From an uncultured cyanobacterium (GTDB taxonomy: Bacteria; Cyanobacteriota; Cyanobacteriia; PCC-9006; JAAUQQ01), in assembly GCA_963718615.1 (NCBI GenBank), contig OY970368.1, positions 1,952,001-2,016,000 of the forward strand: 64,000 nt of DNA, written 5' to 3'. Of the stretch, positions 58,088 to 64,000 are shown piece by piece; position 1 is the first letter of the stretch; each line of letters opens with the position of its first letter. A model generated the notes under the pieces. That model saw only the letters and a list, made by a program, of their open reading frames with translations. It searched no databases and was not told where the DNA came from. Made by a program: the position numbers and the translations under genes.

Positions 58088-58498
58088 GTGAGGATTAGTA
58101 CTGTGTCTCCTTTCTCCAATGCCTCTGAAGCCGTCTATCAATCTTTCCTGGTACAACAATTCCAGGCTAAGGGGATTTTGGCCAAGACTCATATCGCGGT
58201 AAAAGGCGGAGAAATTGATATTCTCACACCTGACCAGATCATTGAGTGCAAGGCCCTTTTGGATCGTCAATCTTTGCTGATGGCGTTGGGGCAACTCCAG
58301 CTATATTCTCCTTTTTATCCCAAGTATCGTCTGGCCATAGCAGGACCTCTGCCAGACGCAAAGAAATTTCCAAAAATTTTGAAAACAGCAGAAGCTGTGA
58401 TTACGAGGATACAGGCCATCGGGGTTGAGGTAATTGTCTTACCTAAGCTTGCTAAGCCACCTGTAGATACAGTATCGGTGGAAATGTCGATAGGGTGA
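58088..58498 (+). CDS. Hypothetical PD-(D/E)XK-like protein
   Basis: GEIDILT...IIECK...ALGQLQLY. The start is uncertain; the upstream part of ORF 57671 is antisense to cobK. Confidence 0.55.
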   Translation: MRISTVSPFSNASEAVYQSFLVQQFQAKGILAKTHIAVKGGEIDILTPDQIIECKALLDRQSLLMALGQLQLYSPFYPKYRLAIAGPLPDAKKFPKILKTAEAVITRIQAIGVEVIVLPKLAKPPVDTVSVEMSIG

Positions 58499-58629
58499 AA
58501 CGGGAAGGAAATTCTCTAAACCCTCTCAGAGACCGACAATTTTTAAACTGTCTACAAAGCCTCAAGGCTTTTGGGCTATATTCGCTAGGGTAAGCGTAAT
58601 CCTAATTTCTGGCGGAGAACAATGCAGCC

Positions 58630-58911
58630 ATGGCTAAGATTAAGCCGGTTCAACAGCACAGTCAGCTTTGGATGATTCAGGCTTGGGCTTCGTTTATATT
58701 GTCCCTAGGAGGGTTGTCCTTAGGCATTGCTAATTTACCGGTAGATACCTGGGTTAAGGGCTATATGGGGATGGGAACTCTGTTCACGGTGGGTTCAACC
58801 TTGAGCTTGGCAAAGACTTCGCGCGATCGCTTTGAAGAACAACAAATTACCGCTCGCATTGATGAAGCCAAAGTCGAAAAGCTACTCGCCGAACACCATC
58901 CGATGAATTAG
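58630..58911 (+). CDS. YiaA/YiaB two-helix membrane protein
   Basis: QAWASF...GIANLPVDTWVKGY...LAKTSRD. Confidence 0.85.
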   Translation: MAKIKPVQQHSQLWMIQAWASFILSLGGLSLGIANLPVDTWVKGYMGMGTLFTVGSTLSLAKTSRDRFEEQQITARIDEAKVEKLLAEHHPMN

Positions 58912-58967
58912 AACGTTCCCAAGCAACCCCATGAAACCCCATGAACCCCTGGCACTGTTGACCCAAT

Positions 58968-60236
58968 CTAATCTTCTCCTACATCCCGCAGTCCGCGCGA
59001 TCGCCCGCCTGCCAACTGCTGCACCACCTGAGCCACATCCACGCCCGTCGCCTGCTTGAGTTGCTCAATTAACGCTTTGGTCTGAATCACCCCTTTGCCG
59101 CTGGAATTATGACCATCGATTACCGTGACGCTGTCTACGTCCACGTCTGGGAAGCCAGCGGCGATCGCCTTGAGCAGCACATCCAGTTTCGGGAAGAGGA
59201 AAACCTCCTTCGCATTGGGACCCGCTGCCTGCCAGGATTCCGCGAGCTGCCGTAAACCTTCCGCTTGGGCACGTCCCTCTTCAATAATGGTGGCAGCGCT
59301 CCCCTTGGCTCGGGCAATGGACTGTTGACATTGCGACTCTGCCGGAGCAATCACATCCGCTTCGAGTTGCTGAACCACCTGTTTGATTCGCTCTTTTTGT
59401 ACGGCTACATCCGCCTGAGTCCGCGCAATTTCGGTCCCCACTTCTGACTCAGCTTCCGCCACTAGCGCAACGCGCTTGGTCTGGGCATCCCGCACCCGTT
59501 CCTGGGCAGTGGCTTCTGCAACTTTAATATCCCGTTCAATGCGACGGAGAGAGGTGTTGCGTTCATTGGCGGAGGTGCGGATGGCGGATTCGGCCTTGGC
59601 TTTGGCTTCGGCGATGCGGGCATTGCGGATTAGATCAGCCTGCTGCTTACGGCCAATGGAGTCGAGATAACCGGCTTCATCGGAAATATTTTGAATCTGT
59701 AAACTGTCTAGCACAATGCCCAGCAGTTCCAAATCATCCTCGGCCTCTTCCAGCAAACTACGGGCAAAGGCAACCTTATCTTCGTTGACCTGCTCAGGGG
59801 TCAAACTAGCCAGAACGCCCCGTAAATTACCTTCGAGGGTTTCCCGTGCCAGGGCCTCAATTTCGTTCCGTTTTTTGCCCAGAAGCCGCTCGATCGCATT
59901 GTGAATCGTTGGTTCTTCGCCAGAAATTTTGATGTTCGCAACCCCTTCTACGGTTAAGGGAATTCCGCCTTTGGAATAGGCATTTTTCACCTTTAGATCG
60001 ATGATCATATTGGTGAGATTCATCCGATAGGTCTCTTCCATTAGCGGTATTTGGATGCTGCTGCCGCCCTTAACTAATCGATAGCCAACGCTTTTATCCA
60101 TGCCTGCGACGGGATGACGACTGCCTGCAAAGATTAAGACTTCATTAGGTTGGCAAATGTGATAAAGGTTCTTGATCGCAAAGCTTGCGGCACCGAGACC
60201 GAGGGCTCCGCCAACGAGGAGAACAGGTAAGACCAT
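58968..60236 (-). CDS. Flotillin/SPFH family protein
   Basis: ICQPNEVLIFAG, AYSKGGIPL, ETLEGNLRGVLASLTPEQVNED, AEA-rich coiled coil. Confidence 0.92.
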   Translation of the reverse strand: MVLPVLLVGGALGLGAASFAIKNLYHICQPNEVLIFAGSRHPVAGMDKSVGYRLVKGGSSIQIPLMEETYRMNLTNMIIDLKVKNAYSKGGIPLTVEGVANIKISGEEPTIHNAIERLLGKKRNEIEALARETLEGNLRGVLASLTPEQVNEDKVAFARSLLEEAEDDLELLGIVLDSLQIQNISDEAGYLDSIGRKQQADLIRNARIAEAKAKAESAIRTSANERNTSLRRIERDIKVAEATAQERVRDAQTKRVALVAEAESEVGTEIARTQADVAVQKERIKQVVQQLEADVIAPAESQCQQSIARAKGSAATIIEEGRAQAEGLRQLAESWQAAGPNAKEVFLFPKLDVLLKAIAAGFPDVDVDSVTVIDGHNSSGKGVIQTKALIEQLKQATGVDVAQVVQQLAGGRSRGLRDVGED

Positions 60237-60323
60237 GGCAATGACTTCCTTAATGAAATTTCCGACTGAATGAGAGGTCCGAGAAGAGGTGCGAGATTTT
60301 TGTTAGTTGGATTGATTGGGTTC

Positions 60324-61877
60324 CTAGGAAACTTTGTGGCCGTTAATTGCTGGGGGAGTAGCCGTAGCCGTAGCCGTAGCCGTGGTGGATGTGGAATCCG
60401 CTGGGGTCGGCGCTAAGGCTTGGGATTTGGTTCGGGGTTTGCTTTGGGTTAGGGTTCCCAGGACATCAATGCCGAGGGTTTTGTTAACGCTTTCGAGGAA
60501 CTTCGTCAGGATATCGGGATAGAGATTGACCAGATTGGCGAGCGATCGCCCATCGCCGCTATCCACCACATCAATTTTCTTGAGGTGAAGCCGTCCCGGA
60601 ATCTGCACCGCTTCATGGAGAATCATCTCAATTTGCTGAATCACCAACAGTTCTGGCGCTTCACTGCCAATATCTTTCCACACTTGGCCAAGCAACTCAT
60701 TAGCCTTGGCTTCGGCCTTAGCATTTTCCGCCAGGGGGGCGGCTGAGCCCCGTGCCAGGAGTTCTTGGGCTTTTTGCTGGGCTTCGGCGGGCATGATTTC
60801 ATCGGCCTGAAGCCGCAGTCGCTCTAGCTCAGAGCGCACCGCTTGGAGCTTCTGCTCAAACTTGGCGCGCTGTTCGCGACCGGCGGCGGTGGTGACTTCC
60901 TCTTCGGACTTGGCCTTTTGTTCAAGCTTGGCCTTGAGTTCCCGCAGTTCGTTTTCCTTTTCACGGACAATGGTGCGATCGCGACTCTTAGCCACTTCCG
61001 CCTGTTCTTCGCATTCCGCTTCGGTGCGGTTGGCCTCTTCTAGGGCATCCGATTCGGCAATTTCCGCATCCCGTACAATCATGGCAATCCGCTCGCGGCC
61101 CAGGGAACTGAGATAATCGACATGGTCCGCCACGCTTTGAATCTTGAACGTGTCAATTTCTAGCCCAAGTTTGTGCAAGTCCCGGCGCACATCCGCAGAA
61201 ATGCGTTCAGCAAACTCCAGCCGGTCTTCATTCACCTGTTCCGGTGTCAGTGTTGCCACAACGCCCCGCAAATTGCCTTCGAGGGTTTCCCGCGCCACGC
61301 GCACCAAGTCCTCTCGCTTGCTGCCTAGGAAGCGTTCGATGGCGTTGCCGACAATATTGGGGTCGCTGGAAATTTTGATGTTGGCGATCGCCTGAATATC
61401 CAACGGCGTTCCGCCCTTGGCATAGGCGTTACGAATTTCCACCTGGACCGGCATCGTGGTGACGCTCATGCGCTCAATGGTTTCCAAAATCGGGATGCGA
61501 ATGGCGCGCCCACCGGCCAAAACGCGATACCCAACCTCCTGACCATCGGCCATTTTCCACTTCCGTCCTGAAATCACCAAGACCTCATTGGGTTTGCAGA
61601 TACAGAGAAACGACTTCAAAAACCAGTAGCTCAAGGCGGTTCCTGTCCCAATCAATAACAAGGTGGTGGGCAATGCCAAATCGCCGAGGACCCCAGCCTG
61701 TTGGGTCTGCGCCTGGGGAAGCTGAAGTAGGGGCGTCGGAGCAACCTGTGCCGTGCCTAGAACGGTTGGAGTGGATTGAGCGGCGGGTCTAGGAATATCC
61801 ATCATGATTCTGTAGTCCTGCACAAGAGAATCGGTTAGCGAACTCGATCGGTAAACTTGATCAGTAAACTCGGTCAT
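60324..61877 (-). CDS. Flotillin/SPFH family protein (paralog)
   Basis: ICKPNEVLVISG, AYAKGGTPL, ETLEGNLRGVVATLTPEQVNED; start uncertain. Confidence 0.92.
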   Translation of the reverse strand: MTEFTDQVYRSSSLTDSLVQDYRIMMDIPRPAAQSTPTVLGTAQVAPTPLLQLPQAQTQQAGVLGDLALPTTLLLIGTGTALSYWFLKSFLCICKPNEVLVISGRKWKMADGQEVGYRVLAGGRAIRIPILETIERMSVTTMPVQVEIRNAYAKGGTPLDIQAIANIKISSDPNIVGNAIERFLGSKREDLVRVARETLEGNLRGVVATLTPEQVNEDRLEFAERISADVRRDLHKLGLEIDTFKIQSVADHVDYLSSLGRERIAMIVRDAEIAESDALEEANRTEAECEEQAEVAKSRDRTIVREKENELRELKAKLEQKAKSEEEVTTAAGREQRAKFEQKLQAVRSELERLRLQADEIMPAEAQQKAQELLARGSAAPLAENAKAEAKANELLGQVWKDIGSEAPELLVIQQIEMILHEAVQIPGRLHLKKIDVVDSGDGRSLANLVNLYPDILTKFLESVNKTLGIDVLGTLTQSKPRTKSQALAPTPADSTSTTATATATATPPAINGHKVS

Positions 61878-62227
61878 TGGTTCATTTGAGACTCAGGCAC
61901 CACGAGAATGCGGTTGCCCTGGGCGGCGATCACAAAGACGCGATCGCCCGGATTAAGCTCCTGCTCCACATCGGTAATCGCCAGCAAGTCCACGGCGGAT
62001 CCCTTGATCGTGACGCGAACCTTGCCCCGGCTCAGATGATTAAACGGCACTTCGACAACGCCCCATTGGCCAATGGCATGCTCAGAAGACGCCATGCTGT
62101 TAATGACCGTTGCTCGCCGCTGGATTTGAATGAGAATAACGATCGCACTCCCAAGGGCGATGCCGATAGCGATGGAAATAAACGCAACGTAAAGCATCGA
62201 TTCCGCTGAGAGGGATGGGGAAGGCAT
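61874..62227 (-). CDS. NfeD-like membrane protein
   Basis: One TM plus OB-fold-like GQWGVVEVPF...GKVRVTIKG; located upstream of the flotillins. Confidence 0.8.
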   Translation of the reverse strand: MPSPSLSAESMLYVAFISIAIGIALGSAIVILIQIQRRATVINSMASSEHAIGQWGVVEVPFNHLSRGKVRVTIKGSAVDLLAITDVEQELNPGDRVFVIAAQGNRILVVPESQMNQ

Positions 62228-62487
62228 GCAGGCAAGCAGCGACGGAGGGAGAAAGAAGCAATCCTCGAAGTACGACTATCCTAGCCTCTGGAATTTGAGA
62301 CGGTCAGGAATTGTAAAGTTCCCTTATTTCTTTTCTGATCTCCTTAACCTCTTTAGAGATAATTCCCAATCCTTGACCGCAACTCAAAACCAAACGAGGA
62401 TTCCCCACGGGAGGTGGTCCAAGAAAATCATCCTTGACCGGTATTCCCGCTATCTGCTCAATTCGGCCAAGACTAAAAACTATCCTT

Positions 62488-63669
62488 CTATCCCTTCACA
62501 CAAATAACCTGCCGCAACGTCGCCACCACTTCCACCAAATCCGCCTGATTTGCCATCACTGTCTCGATCGACTTATAGGCCGCTGGAATTTCATCCAAAA
62601 CCCCCTTATCCTTGCGGCATTCAATCCCCTCCGTCTGGGCAATCAAATCATCTAACGAGTAAACCCGCTTCGCCTTGGCCCGCGACATCAACCGCCCCGC
62701 CCCATGGCTACAGGAGCAAAAGCTCATGGCATTGCCCTTGCCCTTGACAATGTAAGACTTTGCCCCCATCGACCCTGGAATAATGCCGTAGTCCTCTTCC
62801 CGTGCCCGCACAGCGCCTTTGCGAGTGATGTAAACTTCTTCCCCAAAGTGAATTTCCTTCTCCGCATAGTTGTGATGACAATTGACCGAGAGCAGCGGTT
62901 TTGTCGGTTTTCCCCCGGCTACATGCTTTTCTACAATGCGCTTAAAGCGCGCCATCATCACATCGCGGTTGTATAGCGCATAGGCTTGCGCCCATTGCAA
63001 ATCTCGCCAGTAATTGGCAAATTCTTCTGTTCCCTGGACAAAATAGGCCAGATCTAGATCCGGTAGCTTATCTTCCGAGAGTTTGGCTAAATGCTTTGCC
63101 GTGTCAATATGACACTGGGCTAGCTTATTGCCAATATTGCGCGAGCCCGAATGGAGCATTAGCCAAACCTGGTCTTCTGTATCCAGACAAACCTCAATAA
63201 AATGGTTGCCTCCCCCGAGGGACCCAAGCTGTCGCATCGCTTTCATTTGCAACGTTTGCACGCCGCGATGGAGCGCCTTAAAGCCTTGCCATCCCTGCCA
63301 ATTCTGCACGGGTTTTTCAATCTGCTTATTCTCGTCAAATCCCGTCGGAATCGCTGCTTCGATCTCCTTGCGAATTTGCTTCAGCTTGCCTTCGAGTTGC
63401 GGAGCTTTAAACGGCATTTTGAGGGCGGCCATCCCACAGCCAATATCGACGCCCACCGCCGCCGGGACAATGGCCTCCTTTGTGGCCAAGACAGATCCCA
63501 CCAAGGCCCCTTTGCCTAAATGCACATCCGGCATCAGTGACACATGCTTAAACACAAACGGAAGCGAAGCCACATTCTTGGCCATTTGGATCTCCTGGGA
63601 CCCTAGGTCATGATTGGCCCAGGAAAAGACCGGCTTGTCAGTTGAAAAGGGAACCGCTTGGTGGGGCAT
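62488..63669 (-). CDS. rtcB: RtcB-family RNA ligase
   Basis: LMPDVHLGKG, VGVDIGCGM, GSLGGGNHFIE, HSGSR, CHHNY, RKGA, SHGAGR, AYK. Confidence 0.95.
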   Translation of the reverse strand: MPHQAVPFSTDKPVFSWANHDLGSQEIQMAKNVASLPFVFKHVSLMPDVHLGKGALVGSVLATKEAIVPAAVGVDIGCGMAALKMPFKAPQLEGKLKQIRKEIEAAIPTGFDENKQIEKPVQNWQGWQGFKALHRGVQTLQMKAMRQLGSLGGGNHFIEVCLDTEDQVWLMLHSGSRNIGNKLAQCHIDTAKHLAKLSEDKLPDLDLAYFVQGTEEFANYWRDLQWAQAYALYNRDVMMARFKRIVEKHVAGGKPTKPLLSVNCHHNYAEKEIHFGEEVYITRKGAVRAREEDYGIIPGSMGAKSYIVKGKGNAMSFCSCSHGAGRLMSRAKAKRVYSLDDLIAQTEGIECRKDKGVLDEIPAAYKSIETVMANQADLVEVVATLRQVICVKG

Positions 63670-63749
63670 TGCCGTCGCTCATGCTCACGTACATCTTGTA
63701 TTATGATGTACTACATGCGGGTGAATGGCAAGCCCCTGGGGCGGCTAAG

Positions 63750-64000
63750 CTAACGGACTGCTGTGCCTCGATAGATGCGATCGCCCTGTTCTGGAGAAAG
63801 CCAAGGTGAAGTCACCGACGTCTGGGGTTTAGCATTGCGCTCCGGTACATGCTCCGCCAAAGGCGCACTGGTTTTCACATACTGACCGGGCTGGATGCCT
63901 TGATCGTTATCTTCTGCGACAATTTGCGTAAAGGGAGGCACAAAGGCATGGGTTTCGTCATCGTAGGCCAGGATGTTACCCGTCTCGAATTCGTAAATCC
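63750..64000 (-). CDS. ccaA: Carboxysomal beta-carbonic anhydrase, 3' end (5' part outside the window)
   Basis: Manual translation from the window edge gives IYEFETGNILAYD...; the C-terminal WLSPEQGDRIYRG resembles the CcaA CcmM-binding tail. Confidence 0.8.
   Translation of the reverse strand, partial: IYEFETGNILAYDDETHAFVPPFTQIVAEDNDQGIQPGQYVKTSAPLAEHVPERNAKPQTSVTSPWLSPEQGDRIYRGTAVR

Larger units (their letters stand above)
1..64000. repeat. HIP1 octamer GCGATCGC dispersed at high frequency
   Basis: Dozens of copies visible (e.g. 1001, 1881, 33774, 38233, 49041); a hallmark of many cyanobacteria. Confidence 0.9.

Noticed and set aside
60358-60384. GTAGCC microsatellite in the flotillin tail, and the 15-bp repeat in the aminopeptidase (~45548-45595), as phase-variation switches
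   Set aside because: Unit lengths are multiples of three and lie in linker regions, so copy changes would not shift the frame.

Overview
Cyanobacterial chromosomal window (HIP1 octamer GCGATCGC throughout; 3' end of carboxysomal ccaA at the right edge). The flanks are mostly housekeeping: ppsA, a frameshifted acetate-CoA ligase/GNAT, aldo/keto reductase, M17 aminopeptidase, nnr, multicopper oxidase, cydAB, four cobalamin genes, NfeD/flotillins and rtcB. Between about 5.5 and 43.3 kb lies a 38-kb protease-dominated cluster. It encodes five signal-peptide TPR-CHAT proteases (one split by IS1), a CHAT-TM-CHASE2 membrane protease, a DUF928-like protein, a Tat-signal caspase-family protease, a trypsin-like protease, a subtilase, an adenylate cyclase and an RTX protein, centred on a sigma-70-like gene and a DUF1822-like gene. 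Read by eye, nearly every transcription unit of the cluster is preceded by the same bipartite motif, TGCAT-N17/18-(CGTATA/YAGATA-like), and the proteases share Arg-small linker motifs. My inference is an extracytoplasmic proteolytic cascade wired to a dedicated sigma regulon with positive feedback. Family assignments come from motif recognition only; no database searches were run.
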